This document shows, in pieces, positions 12,367-25,401 of a DNA stretch of 64,000 nt. The stretch is taken from NCBI GenBank assembly GCA_003971905.1, contig RSEE01000085.1:62001-126000 (forward strand), read 5' to 3'. Numbering within the stretch: the stretch's first letter is position 1; each line of letters opens with the position of its first letter. The stretch is from Moniliella sp. 'wahieum'. Lineage: Eukaryota. The notes beneath the pieces were generated by a model. The model saw only the letters and a program-made list of their open reading frames with translations, ran no database searches and had not been told where the DNA came from. The translations under genes were made by a program, and so were the position numbers.

Positions 12367-15300
12367 TGGGTGTTGGGGTGCAAAAGGGGGAGGCAGGGCG
12401 TCCAGCGCTTTTGTCGTTATCGGTTACCACAAAACAACAGCTAAAGAAAAAGGTAATATAAATAGCGCTCTCTGGACACTATTCCCAACTTGTGAGGATA
12501 AAACGATACCAGTAATATATCACTGACCTGGATGCTCCTCGCCTGAGGGAACAGATAAAGAGCAGAGGAGCTTATTCGACGATCGATGAGACATAATTTT
12601 CAGAGGCCGTAAAGAGTGTTTGGCGTAATTGGCCACGTACTCTTTCTTCCGACGGCCAATATAGCACCTCTGTGTGTTACCCATATGTGTGGCAGAGGAC
12701 ACCATAATGTATGGGCTGAAGACAACGTATGAGGACACAGTCGACGCTGGGACTAGTAGGGGCGGCTGTGGGAGCTACGTTGGATCAATGACATGTGACA
12801 GGGAGAGGCCCTGAACCGCTCTGATATCTGAAGGTTGCACGTTGAAGCTTGAAGCTTCAAGCTTAAAGAGAGTCCCAAAGTACGGACAATCAAGGAGACC
12901 CTGATAGGAAGATTTATTTGTTCCGAAAAGGGCAAAAAAGGGGCTATCTGAGATGTTTTTGCCACGCAGGGGCTATAATCCAGTCGACGTGTAGCTTGAA
13001 CGCTGAGGAACTTGGTTCAATGCGTTGAACGTGTTAAACGTTGAGCTCAACGCTCAATTGAGCGCTAACCCACAGCATTGAGTGGTTGAACATCTTAGGA
13101 TCTCGACTTTTGGGCCTAATACATGTACATCGCATCGACGATGTGCGCGGTGTGTTTTCCGCAAGAGTTTCGCTGTAGATGGGGCCCACCACCTCCCCGG
13201 GCGGTGATCGAGGTGTGACTTCTTTTGGATCATCCATCATCGATCATCGATCTCCATTGCCACATTCGACGTCCCATGTCCCACGTATCTAACCCAGTCG
13301 ATCGTCGACCCTACTCTCGTCCTGGGACCTCAGACTCGGTGATTCACCATCACGTCAAGGGCGGGTCTTCCCACCGCGGCTCAAACACACCCCGCACAAA
13401 CAGAAACGGAGGATGACAATGATCATCGATCAATGGTCATCGATGATCGGGCGGCAGATCAACTGAATCAACAGCTGCATACTTGCCAGCATCGGATCCA
13501 TCCGATCGGCCTCAGATCCTCAGCCCAGCCCTTGATCAGGGCTGACGCGATCGCGCACCGCCCACAGATAGAAATGATTAATGACGAGTCCACCCGCCAT
13601 CCAAGCCCCCCCCCAGGATCGTAACACCTCGTTTCTGATCTCCCTCTCGTTTGCGCCGCTCCATCACAGACGACCACCTCCACATTCCCACCAATTGAAT
13701 CTCAGCCACTACTATAGTAGTCAGCCAACGTTCAAAACCAGCCGTACCTTCCGCCGCCTCCCGCCACCGTCACCGCGTCACCTCTCTTTCCACTATCCCC
13801 CCTCCATATACGCTCTCCCTCCGCCGGTACCAACTGGGATACAAGCCACGGGTAATATCTTCAGTGTTGTGCACCGCGATGCCAACCCCGTCCTCCCCAT
13901 CGTCCTTCGCCTCCTCCCATTCCGGCCGTCTCCCCCCGCCCGCCCTCGCCACCAACCCACTGGTCCCTCATCCTCCGCCCATCCTCGGCACATTCGTGTG
14001 TTAAGCACCGCATTAGGGCCGTCGCCGGTATGCTGGTCGCCTAGCCAGTGGACTCAACCTCTCGATCAACCCCTCCAACCCTCAGCCGCACCCACATCCA
14101 TCTTCCTTGACTCCTCGTTCTTGATCGAACGCGAAAACACCACGACCGTGTTCTTCTGCGGCTAGCGACGAGACCAAGATAATCGAGGTTGGAAGGTTGC
14201 GATGCTCCCCTTTTGCTTCGAGCCCCAGCCAGCCCGAAGAGCCAGAGCCCGAGACGCCATTGTCTTCCCCTGCCGCTGATAAGCAGAACGACACCTGCCG
14301 TATTGACTTGGAGAGGATGGGTGCTTACGCACTGCAAGATCCTCCGCGCTTGCCGCCTCTCCCTTCCCCGCGGTTGCCCGAACCGTCATGCCCAGGTCAT
14401 TGCGCAACAGCGGATCGGTTACGGTCTGAGATCCATGCCCTAACGGCGGAGCACGCCTGCCTTTCCCAACTCCGAGCCGAGAATGCGCATCTCACCCGCT
14501 GCTGGCCCACATGGAAGGAAAGCTGATCCTGCTTCAGGGCGAGCGGCAAGAAGCTGAAGTTAAGCTTGCTGCGGCTTCGAGCAACGCAGATCTCTGGGCC
14601 TCCATCGCGCGCCAACTGCACCAAAGGTATGTCATATGTCACGTGTCATCTGACACCTGATGGTTCCTTCATGGCGAGTGCTAGATTGTCCCTTTCGTGC
14701 CTAGCTCGAGGGTGTATCGACAGTGCGGTGCTGACAGACCTCTCTATGATGTGGGTGATGCAAAAGACACATGCCGATACTCTCTTCGATAATCCACTTT
14801 GCTGTTCCAGCCCACTTCCCTCTGAACCCCAACACGCGACCAGCCGAGCGACAGAGGATGCACCCTCATCAATCGCCAGCCACCACGAAACAGTCCCAAC
14901 ACCTCTAACGGTTCCTTCCCCTAGCCCCCTTGAAGTGTCTAGTAGGCCAAGTCCCTTGCCACCCCACATGTCCACACAGCATCACGGCGTAACCACCACC
15001 AATCCGCCTTCCGCGCCGACCACTGTTCGAAGCGCTTTCTCTGTCCCTGCAAAGTAACAACACACGGCACGACTCTTTCACTGGGGATGATCTCCCCGTC
15101 CGGTCCGGGGGAAGCAACGATGTCCAACTCTCCCCCTATGTGCAACTGGCCAATGAGCCCGCGACTGAATTGCCCGCCATTGCTTCTTCGTTTGCCCCCC
15201 TGCCAAGGTAGAGGAGGACGCATGTGCATCTCGTCCGCGAGGATGCACGTCCACCAACTCAGGGTCCACCTCGAGCTTGTATGGAACCATTCCCACTTGG

Positions 15301-16699
15301 GGTCACGACTTGTTTTCGCCCAACGTTGCGCAAGCACGCAGTACTAGGAGTACTCGTGCCCGCCTCGGCCCGTCTCGGCACTTGCACGGCAGTCACACGC
15401 CCCGTCTACTTCTTCGACCCAGAGGAGGTCGTGCGCAGCAGTTGACGGACGAGCAATAAGGGAGAGACAAGTGGGCGAGAACAGGGTGCGGAACCAGTTA
15501 TCCCCATCATCGGGTTCCCCTCCCACCTTGCCCTTTGAACCTGTCTCCCTTCCTCTCCCAACTGCCCTGGTCACTCCTCCCTTGGACCTGCCTATTGATA
15601 CCCCACCAACAGCCTACTCGGGCCTGACTGAATCCGACCTCCGAGCCCACCGTGACACGTACCGTTGCCTGGCCGCCGAACTCTCATCGACTGACCTAGC
15701 CATCTTCCAAACCCGCATCACCAGTACGATCACGGCCTCCTTCCGCTCGAGGGCAAAGGAGGTCTTCTGGACCAAGTTGAGACCCTCCTCCTGGCTCACC
15801 CGACCTGGCCCACCACGATCCAGCCCGCTACCAAGCGCGGTGCGCTCTGGCTCGACGGTTCGAGAACGTGTGTCGGGCGGTACGCTGAAGGCTGACGACT
15901 GACGACTGACGACTCGGCCTACTCTTCCTTTTTTTGCCCCCTCCACGGAAACGTGGTATCCAGATCTCCATACATGCACCTCTGTTCTCTCTCGTCCATA
16001 CCATCATACTCCCTGGCTCATCATCCTCTGTGGCGGCTTATGGAACGCATCCTGTGCTTTTTTCCGCATGCTCGCCTGCCCCCTCTCTTACTTCCCTGGC
16101 TGCCAGTGGTATGGGGCCAAGGTGGTCGCAGCTTCAGCTGTCAACATTTGCTACCCCCAACCCTCTTTTCCTCGCGCTCCCCAACAACCACCATACCCCA
16201 ATTGTCCAGTGCTGCTTACATGTCCATCCTCCCCATGTCCTCCCTGTGCTTCTTCCGCCCCCGCGTCCTGTCCCTTGGTCTTCTGCTTCCGACAACCAGC
16301 AACTAATACCTGTTCCACTACGGCTGGGACGACTGGCCCGACCGCCTCGTCCCTACCTGGTTTGTAGTTGTAGCATCTCCCTCTGTTAGACCAAACCAAT
16401 GCATCACATCACCGAGTCGCTCTGCAAACCTCTGCCCGCCCGCTCCAGCAGGGGCATTACAGAAGCGAGTCAGGCAAGCAGGACGGAAAGGAGACGCGAG
16501 ATGGGCAGGCGGTTGTTCCTCACTAAGCTTGGTCGATCGCACCAGCCTGAGCTGCCCTTAGCGCTGGCCCAAAGGCGTTTGGCGTCCACTGCCAGCCTTG
16601 GTATGGGTGCCCAGTGGGGTCCCCGTACGGCTAGCTGGGCTGGAGGCAGCAGGGGAACGGGACGCTGGCGATTGCGGCCGCGGAATGCCGGCGCCCATC

Positions 16700-18721
16700 G
16701 TGAACCGCATCGCCCCCGTTTTCTTCCCCCTCCCGAACGGGACGAAGGCGGTGGCGCACCGGGTCCCAACCGTGCCGAGGCACCAACGACCAAATCCCGA
16801 ATCATCGTGTTGTACGTCTCGGCATCCGCTGCCAGCGCGTCGCGCACTTCGAGCCAGTGGGTCAGCTCGCTGCTGGCAGCGCCCGTTAACGACGTGGCGC
16901 TGTCGACCAAGTTGCGCAGGATGGGCAGGGAGAGGTGGAGCGCGTCGGCGTTGTGGCTCAGCACGGCCTGTGCCGCGGCGCGATCCAGGCGCGAGCCAGG
17001 CGGGGGCTCGTTGGCACTCTGCTTGCTCTTGCGCTCGTCCTCGCTGGTGGAAGGCTGCAGGCTATTGCTCCGCTGCGCCGGGGCTGGGGAGGCGGTGCGG
17101 GAGAGCTTGGTGTCGTCGGGAGTGACAGCAAGCGAGAGGGACCGGTTGGGCTGAGGCCGGGGCGGGGCAGTGGGCAAGGCGAGCGAGTGACGGTGCTCGG
17201 CACGAGTGCGACTGCGCTCCCATGATACGGGCGGTAAGTCGGGCAAGTGCTTCATCCGTTCCAACAAGCCTATCGCACCTCCCGACGTGCCCAATACTTG
17301 GCCTGCGCCCCCCGTTTGCCGGATCCCCTCACGCCCCAACGAAGCAATCCGATCCACACTCTCCGGCCCGCTCGCAGATGGCAGCGAAAACAGCCAGGGC
17401 AAGAGTTGAGCGCGCGAGAGCGCAGCCATGACGGAGGCCGCATCGGGATCAGAAGGATAGACGGGAACCTGGAGGGAAGGTTCGGTGGCGGGAATTGCAA
17501 CAGCCTGCGCAACCGCCGGCGCAGCTGTTGGTGCAGCCACAGCAGGCGCAGGTACGGCTTCGGCCTCTCCAAAGTCCCCAAAGTCCCCAAAGTCGTCGCC
17601 CTCGGTGAACTCGCCTGGCTCACCAAAGCCGTCGAACCCATCATCGTCGGGGAACCCGTCGTCCGGAAACCCATCGGCGTCAGCAGGGCCGGTTGTTGTC
17701 GTGTTGGACGATTGGAGCTCCGGAGCAGAGGGAACAGAGGCAGCCGGCATGGGCTCTGGCGCAGCAGCTTCTAGATCTTGCCTTGGCTCCGTCTCTGGCT
17801 CAGGTTCTGGCTCTGGTCCTGGCTTTGGCTTTGGCTCGGGCTCGGCTTCAGGCTCCGTCTCTGCCTGGGTCTGCGTCTCCTTCCCCTTTTGCTTCTCCTC
17901 CCTCTCAGCCCCGAGCTGATCAGCCGCTGGCTCAGCCGGCGATACAGACGCCTCGACCTCTTTCCCTTTTCCTTTTTCGTTGGCCTCTGCATCTTGCTGA
18001 TGCAAGCGGGAGAGATGTTGGTGGAGCAGGATGGGGTGGGCAGAGGAAGGCCCGGCAGGTCGTCCGACGATCCGCGTGGCAGTACCTGGCAAGGTGGGGC
18101 TCAGTCCGGGACTGAATACGGCAAGAGGGCCGTGGGGGTAGGCAAGTGTGCCCGGCAGCTGTTCGTCCGGGGTGGGCGGGCAGTGATGGTGCTGAGCTTG
18201 AGACCGGCCTTTCATGGACGCCGGTGGGGGTGCTGTGGCCCGAAGCGCGCCGCGATGCACTGGCGCTCGGGGCCTGGACTGCTCCGACTCGTAGTAGGCC
18301 AGGCCAGCCTCCACGCCGACGCCCTCGGTGGATGTTTGCACGACTGGCGGAGCGGCGTGCGAGGCGGGTGGGGGGCGGGGAGGGGCTCGGCGGGCGCGGG
18401 CGGGGTGGGCACGTCCGACACGGACAGCATGGGCGAAGGCGGGGGGAGGGAGATGTGCATGGGCATGGCGGCGGGCTGTGCGGGCGCGGGGAGGGGCGAG
18501 GAAGGCCCAACCCCCAGCCGGGCTCATCATCGTCGTCGATGCGGGCGGCGGGGGGGGGGGGGGGGGGGAGGGGGAGGCCGAGGCGGAGAGCAGAAGCAGA
18601 CGCGGACGCGGTGGGGGTGGGGAGGAGGGCGAGGACGCAGCGCGGGAAGGACAGGGGGGGGCGCGTCGGAGGAGGCGTCGGCGTCCGAGTCGGCGCCCCA
18701 GATGGCAAGCGGATCGTCCAT
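16700..18721 (-). CDS. Laa2/YBL010C-like AP-1 adaptor accessory protein; 3' end approximate
   Basis: Start MDDPLAIWGADSD at 18721. Acidic cluster DDGFDGFGEPGEFTEGDDFGDFGDFGEA carries FGxF/DFGDF gamma-adaptin-ear motifs. Also WERSRTR...SL.LP and a C-terminal helix ASSELTHWLEVRDALAADAETYNTMIRDLV. Confidence 0.65.
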
Positions 18722-19312
18722 GGGCGGAGTCGAGGCGAGTGGAGCGGAGGGCGGCGAGCGGCGGGCGGCGAGCAGCGGCAGTTGGATGGCAGCCAGCCGG
18801 CCGCCCCCAGCGAACGAGCAGCCGCCCAACCCTACCGCGGCCTGCGCCGCCGCCTTCCACGCTGGCCCGCGCCTGGCCAGCGCGCGCTGAGGTAAGCGCG
18901 CGCTGCTGACGTCACCGGTCCCCCTCTGTCCCTCCCCGAGTCGGCGGAGGGGATAATGGATGGTAGATCAGCTAGCGGATCGCTGAGCCTCGGCCCTGAG
19001 GTCGGGCCTGGCCTGGCGGAGGTCCAGGAGATACCCACCTGTGGACTCTGCCCGCCAGCGTCACGTCGGCACATGCCCGCCATCGCAACCGCAGTGGTCT
19101 AGGCCCCAGCCCACCAATGGGAACGTGCGCCGGTCAGACCAGCATGACGGTCAGGTGACCCCTGTTCTTGCACTTATAATAACCGTCCGAGTACAACGTC
19201 GGTACCAAGAACATATCATACGCGAGAGGCACCTTCAAGGCTGCCTCCCCCCTGTATATGTCAGACGGCTTCCCCCTTCCTCCACCGCCTGCACCGGCCC
19301 CACCTGCCTCTC

Positions 19313-21120
19313 ATGCGCCTGGCACCCGCCCTTGTTGTGCTTCTGGCAAGCGTTGGTGTCGCTCGTGGTGGACCTGGGAGCGCATGGCTCGACGGGTACG
19401 GCCCGCTGGAGCAAGAGGTGGAGCTGCCCAGCAGCGCGTTCCACCATCTGGGCTCCTACAGCGCGCGTGGTGCCGATGCAAGTTTGCTCAGCTCCCAAGT
19501 GCGCACGCACCCTCGCGAATGGGTAGTGATGCGTGCCGCCGAGCAACAGCTGTACCACCTGCAGGATGCCGCGTGACGCTGGTCAACTCGGTCCAGCGCC
19601 ACGGCGCTCGCTTCCCACCCCGCAATGCCCAGACACAAATCGAACGCACGCTGGCCCGCTTGCATCATGCGTTGAAGCAATCCCAGACCACCAGCTCGCT
19701 GATCCTGCCTTGGGATTCTTGCGCAACCTCACGGCTCCTACAAGCGTAGGCGACTTGGTGCCTACGGGGCGTTACAGTGCGTCCCCCCCCCCCTCTGTGC
19801 TTGGTCTCAGTAATCGCTCCTTTCGTTTCCTTTCGAATCGTCTCTTCTCTCTATCTTCTCCCCTTCCCTGCGTTTGAAGAAGGATTGACGCTTTCTGCAC
19901 TTCTTCTGTAATAGAGGGTACTATTCGGGTTTGTTTGATCGCCAAGTGTATGGCCACTTGGCCCAGTTCAAGCCCTTCGTACGTGCCTCAGGCAATTATG
20001 GCAACCAATCAGAAGTGCCCAGCGACCGGGTACTCTATACGGCGCGCTGGTGGCTCCAAGGGTTTGGCAACCACTCTTTTCCCCAAGAGACTATGGCCGG
20101 TCCGGAAGCGGTTCGCAACCTCACCCCACTCCCTGAGCTCGACGTGGTGGTAAGTGAATTGAGAGGGGTGAACAATACCCTGGATCCGTCGACGTGTCCA
20201 GCCTATCGCCAATGGCACAGCGATGCGGCACATATCTACGGAGCCAACACGCTGGTGCCCGTGGTGGGAAAACGGTTGGAGCAACGCTTGCGCCCGGCCA
20301 ATCTGTCGTTGACGGTAGGGGAGGTGGAAAGTCTAATGTCACTATGTTCGTTTACCACCTTGACCACGGCGGAGGTAAAAGAGGGAGGTTGGACCTCCAC
20401 CTCTCCCGGTTTGCTCCCTCTTTAGCCCCGAGGAGTGGCGCGTCCTGGACACTACTACTCGCTCAAGTTTTACCATGGTGCAGCGGCTGGCAATCCATAT
20501 TATCGCGGTGCGTACCAAGGCTACCTACGTGAACTGTATGCCCGCCTTGCCAACCGTCCCCCTGCTCTCGAACCCATCACGACCATCAACACCACCACCC
20601 TGGCCCAAGGTGGCTTCCCTCTTCCCTCCCAAGCCAACCTGACCATGTACGCTGACTTTACTCATGACACAACATGGCCGGGCTGGCGTTCGCATTTGGC
20701 CTGTTCCCCACTTCGCATCTACCGCCCGAACCCGGCGCGGAAACCAACGCGGCGCACAGCCGAACGTTTGCCGCATCGCGCGTGGTACCGTACCAGACCA
20801 AGCATGTATGGGAGCTGATCACTTGCGCCGGGTGGGAAACGGAGTTTGTCCGGGTCCGGATCAACGAGGCAGTGCAACCGGTTCAGCCGGGCTGGTGCCC
20901 CTTCGAGGGGGAAGGGGAAGGGGCAGGGCAGAAACAGAGTCGGGTAGCTCCGTTGCTCCGTCAGGGCCTTTGCCCACTTCCCACCGTGCTGCGCAAGTTG
21001 GCGTGGGTGAATGGAGAAGGAGAATGGCCAAGTTGCTTTGAGGCCGAGAGGCAGGTCCCGGTCAGTAGCAGCATGAACTTGATTGATCAGAGATGCATCT
21101 CGTGCAGGCACAACTCATAG
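19313..21120 (+). CDS. Secreted histidine acid phosphatase/phytase; frameshifted
   Basis: Signal peptide MRLAPALVVLLASVGVA, FHHLGSYS, catalytic RHGARFP (RHGxRxP), FVRASG...RVLYTA, NNTLDPSTCP, MYADFTHD (HD motif), FVRVRINEAV. Confidence 0.9.
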
Positions 21121-21512
21121 CTAAAAGGGGAGGGCGGGGGGTGCAATGATGGCTTGTCTTTGTCAGATTCTTCAAGTGTCACTTATGGAGCTTTGGTATG
21201 TGTTGGGCCACTGAATGATCTGCCATTTTAATCAGACGGGCTCTTCCCAGCTCGCACCCGGTATTTCCGGTCCGCTCGATTACTGCGACCACATCCAATG
21301 GCAGGAAACAGAAATGGCATCGGTAGTAGGCGCGAGCAACCTTCTGACTCTCCTGCAACGCATACGTTTTCAGAAACCAGATGTAGTCGAGTGGATACGG
21401 ACAATGGTGAATTTTATATCGGAGAATAACACAACGGAGAGGCGCACGGGGGTGGTGCGCAAGGTTACGGAATGCCTCCGTCACAGTCTGCGTTGGCCAC
21501 AGCAACGCAGCT

Positions 21513-21604
21513 AGCTACCTAGCTCAGGCGGAAGAGCGGTGGGCTCATAGCGTGCCCAAACACGAGGAACCCACAGGTCGTCGGATCAAGACCGACGGTA
21601 GCTA
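21513..21604 (+). tRNA. Initiator tRNA-Met (CAT) with ~19-nt intron
   Basis: Acceptor stem AGCTACC/GGTAGCT (A1:U72). Anticodon arm GTGGG-CT-CAT-A-[intron ~21550-21568]-A-CCCAC with three G:C pairs. T arm GTCGG-ATCAAGA-CCGAC (A54/A60 initiator signature). T-run Pol III terminator follows. Confidence 0.95.
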
Positions 21605-21992
21605 CATTTTTGAGCGGCCAACACGGGGGCGAGTAGGTGGTGGTGTACTGGTGGGCACTTTCCAAGCTGATGGACGCAACGTCGCCAGCGCGAATGGGAA
21701 AGGGAGGGGCTGAGATGGGAACGCGAGCTGGACACTTCGGCGGGAAGCAGACAAGGCCAGCGGCGATTGCGCGCTGGCTGCACGGCAAGACCGGTGACCG
21801 GTGACCGGGGATGTGGAGGACGGCGCACCAGGGCAGTGTGGCGGCGTAGGATGGATCGCCTGCTTGTGAAAGCAGCCACTGCCGCAGATCGATGCAGCTG
21901 GGACAGGCAGGGACGCTGTCACTGTGACATGCGTGTGACCTGTCAGGTGACGACGGGTGACATGCGACATGCATCACGCGACGTGTTCGCTC

Positions 21993-22062
21993 TGAACGTT
22001 CAACGTTGAACGTTGAACGTTGAAAGGTGAAATTGAAAGCTGAGCTCAGCGTTCGTTGAACA
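21993..22062. repeat. Largest array of the recurrent CGTTGAA/TTCAACG heptamer (direct and inverted copies)
   Basis: tgaacgttcaacgttgaacgttgaacgttgaaaggtgaaattgaaagctgagctcagcgttcgttgaac, located upstream of CYB5. Confidence 0.8.
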
Positions 22063-22313
22063 CGTGGAGGACAGTGCGTGAACTGAACTTGTGAAGATTG
22101 CATTTGGAATGGCTCGATGCGGATGCGTCGTCGCGCCACGGCTGCCACGGCAGTGTACCCGCCGTCGTGTGTTTCTGTGGGCGTAGGCGGCGGGGCGGGC
22201 GCCATCGGGAGTCTCTGAGACTGCGATTTCACCAAACCTCAGCCGCTGATCCCCCCACACGCTCGACCGGCAGCTTGCCCTCCGTCCCCCTCCCACCACC
22301 ACCACCAGTCGCC

Positions 22314-22929
22314 ATGGCGGACGCCACCCCCTCCTCTTCCACCGCTCCTGCTTCTGTCCCCGATGGCCCCCCAAAGGTCACCGCTGCCGAGCTCGCGACT
22401 CACAGCAAGGCGTCCGATTGTTGGATGGCGATTGAGGGCAAGGTGTACAATGTGACCGACTTCATCGATGAGCATCCCGGAGGCGACGAGGTGTTGCTTG
22501 CCGAGGCGGGCAAAGATGCTACGGAGGCATTTGATGATGTGGGCCACTCGGACGATGCGCGTGCTCTGCTGGTGCCGATGCTCGTGGGCCAGTTGGAAGG
22601 TTCGGCGGTACGTGCTCTGCCCTGCCTACTCTTTTGTTTGTTTTTTCTTGGCTACTGGCCCGAGCTAACTCTGTCCTCCCAGGCCAGCGGCGAGATCCCT
22701 CGTGGGCAGAAAGTCAGCCAGGAACGTATGACTCAAACGTAAGTTGCGTTGCGCATGTGCACTTAACTTGACTCTTTTTGAGGCGCAGGCCAAGCGCCCC
22801 TCTGACTCGCTGCTGTCATGACACTGACCCTCTTTTTTTGCTGGACCCAGGCCAATTCTCATGTTCATTCCCATTGGAGTGTTGCTGGCGTACTACGCCT
22901 ACCAATACTACAACGAGCAGTTCAAGTGA
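22314..22929 (+). CDS. CYB5: Cytochrome b5 (tail-anchored), 3 exons: 22314-22607, 22683-22738, 22851-22929
   Basis: DCWMAIEGKVYNVTDFIDEHPGGDEVLLAEAGKDATEAFDDVGHS (HPGG and GHS heme ligands). GTACGT and GTAAGT introns. C-terminal TM PILMFIPIGVLLAYYAYQYY. Confidence 0.95.
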
Positions 22930-24468
22930 TCTTCGCTATTTTGCTTCGCTCTGCTCCCTTCAAGCTTCGCTGTGCCGAGAACAAGAAACACATGCATTTG
23001 ATACATCTCGCCCCACAAAATCTAGCCCTTTCTTCACCAGAGCTTCACCCCTGTTTAAGTTTTTTTTAGCTCGTATACACCGAACAGCATGGCAGACCCG
23101 ATCTCCCTACGAGGTATCACACAACCGTTGGCCCAGTTAATTAGGAGGAATCCTACTACACACCAGTGCCTAAGGGGGTGGATATGTTTCTTATCGCGCC
23201 CGCTTTAGCATTTTGCCGGTGTGTAAGGGATGGTGCCCTGCTAGGCTTTAGGGGCCGTAGGCCGTAGGAGCGACCCGCGTGACAGGGCACAGGGGTGGTA
23301 TCGAGTATCGCAGACAAGTCCGTTGCGAGATGAGCGGATTCGTCGACCACTGACCATCGATCCCTTTTTTCCCTTCTCAGATCTCACGAGCTCACCGTTG
23401 GTACATGCACCACCACTAGTCACTGCAACCCATGAACTCGGACAGACTGCAGGGACAGTAACATGTAACTTGACAAGGTCGGACTTCTCGCTCAAAGATG
23501 CGAGGTATTCCTGCCGGATGGGGGCCAAAAGCGGGGTGCCTGTTTGAACTGTTTTGTCGAAAACACTGCCCAAAGACGGGTCATGTTGTTATGTTTTCTC
23601 TAGCATGGCCGACTGGAGATACGCTTTGTGCTGGGACGATTGCAATTATGACCGGCCATCTCGCTTGTCAGACTGTTGGAGCAGCACATCGAGCATCTTT
23701 TTGTGGCAGTCCATATAATGAACATGGCGGCCAAGGAATGATGCGAAGATAGACATAGAGGTGTTGGAGGCAAAGCGGTTGTGCCATCTCCCCGTTGGTT
23801 GAAAAAAGGGGGTACATTCTGCCCTCAAGTATTAATCATGTAGCAGTGCCCACTGCGACCAAGACAGGGGGGAGGGTCATCGTCTCGTGTGCGTAGTAGT
23901 ATGTGTACAGCGGGGATCTGGAAGGCGCACCAAAACCGTCAAACTCAGGAGCCACGTTGACCACCCCAGAAATATGGTAGTCAGAGATGGTTCGCGATGG
24001 TTGCCAAGGTGCCTAGTTTGTAGCGGCTTTTTACCGGTGGTTGGCAGGGAGCAAATGTCCCTTGGCACCGGCCTACTCCCCCCACCTCCCATCAGATTGT
24101 TTCCGTCATTCCTCTCTTGCGTCTTTTGGTACTCGATTCTGATCTCTCGCCTCCCCTTCATATCGTTCATGCTTTAGGGCGCCAAAACTCGAGTGTGCTT
24201 GCGTCCTGGTTTCGCATCAACTGCTGAGTCTTCTGATCCCAGCAAGTCACCCTATCCCAAGAAGTCCCCCCATCTCTCTTGATCCTAGCTTGAACATGGT
24301 ACCTGAATAATGGCGCCTGTGTCTACCACGGGGGAGTGGCTGAACCGGTGGAAGTGCCTGAGTATATGCTTGACAGAAGCAGACAAGGGGAATGGTATGG
24401 GTACAGCAACGCGTGAAGAGGGGGGTGGAGGCACAAAGGCAGTCGATTGTATGTCGAGATTGAGCAGG

Positions 24469-25401
24469 TTATGCAGCGGCCACTTGGGGCGTCGATTTGG
24501 TCAACACCTTGTCAGGGAGGATCTCCATTTCGGTCCATTTGACAATCAGATCGCACACGCCCGGATAGCCATCGCCAGCCACCGTGTTGGCCTGCGACGC
24601 ATTGCCAGTCGACTGGCCTGAGGTGCGGAACTCTTCAAAGTCAAACAGATCAAACTCGCTGCCGAAAGCAATGAAATGGGCAAAGAGACTGTTAAAGTGA
24701 CCCTCACAGCAAAGGTGGAGCAACCAGGGGAATTGGGCATGGTAAATGTGGGCAAAGACACGCAGGAGCTGCTTGTAAATGTGCTTGGCGGTGATCATAA
24801 TGTCGGAGGAAAGTCGCGCGCTGGATCAACAGGGTTAGTAGCCTCGAACCGAGCGTGACCAGAAAAAGAGACGCACCGGCCTTAGTAGGGAAAGTAGCCT
24901 CATCCAAGCAAGCCGCCGACCCATGTCATGACATAGTCAATGTACTGTGGTGCCGGCAGCTTGACTTGCTTGCGGTTCTGGTCGACCCAGGTGTAGTCCA
25001 GGCCAACACCGGCACTCATGGTGGGGTTGTTTCGGACAGTGCAGAACTCGGTGATGACACCATAGAACTGGTTGAGGTTGTTGAAGAAATCAAAGACTAA
25101 AAGGGAAGCGAGAGAGTTAGGATGGCCCGGGGAGGGGGGGGAGGCGATGACAACATACGGTTGACCGCGACCCACTCGCGCTGGTCGACATATTTGGGAA
25201 GCACGACGATGGTCTTGTATGAGCCCTTGATGGGAGGAGCGGACAAAGGGGTTGCAGAGGTACAACGGGTTTGCCCGCTGGCTGGCCCACCACGCCCGCA
25301 GTCGCATGTCGGTACTGGGCACGGAAAAGTCGTCAGCGCCCGGGCGCGTGGACGCGTCCTTGGGACGGACAGACCGGCCCATCGACTTGAAGAAAGCTCA
25401 T
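24469..25401 (-). CDS. MOB2: Mob1/phocein-family kinase activator, Mob2 (Cbk1/Ukc1 activator) type
   Basis: PLYLCNPFVRS, IKGSYKTIVVLPKYVDQREWVAVN|FDFFNNLNQFYG, KLPAPQYIDYVMTW, DEATFPTKAG, KHIYKQLLRVFAHIYHAQF...EGHFNSLFAHF. Two introns (~25158-25097, ~24889-24823). Confidence 0.9.

Noticed and set aside
17765..17870. Hexamer repeats (ggctct/ggcttt) as a non-coding satellite
   Set aside because: They encode the EPEPKP low-complexity linker of the Laa2-like protein.
21993..22062. Repeat arrays as a CRISPR or telomeric repeat
   Set aside because: Units are 7 bp with no unique spacers and occur in both orientations in eukaryotic intergenic DNA. No TTAGGG-like tandem tract is present.
23140..23830. 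Lower-GC intergenic block with short palindromes (e.g. taggaggaatccta) as a DNA transposon or MITE
   Set aside because: No terminal inverted repeats, target-site duplication or transposase motif could be identified.
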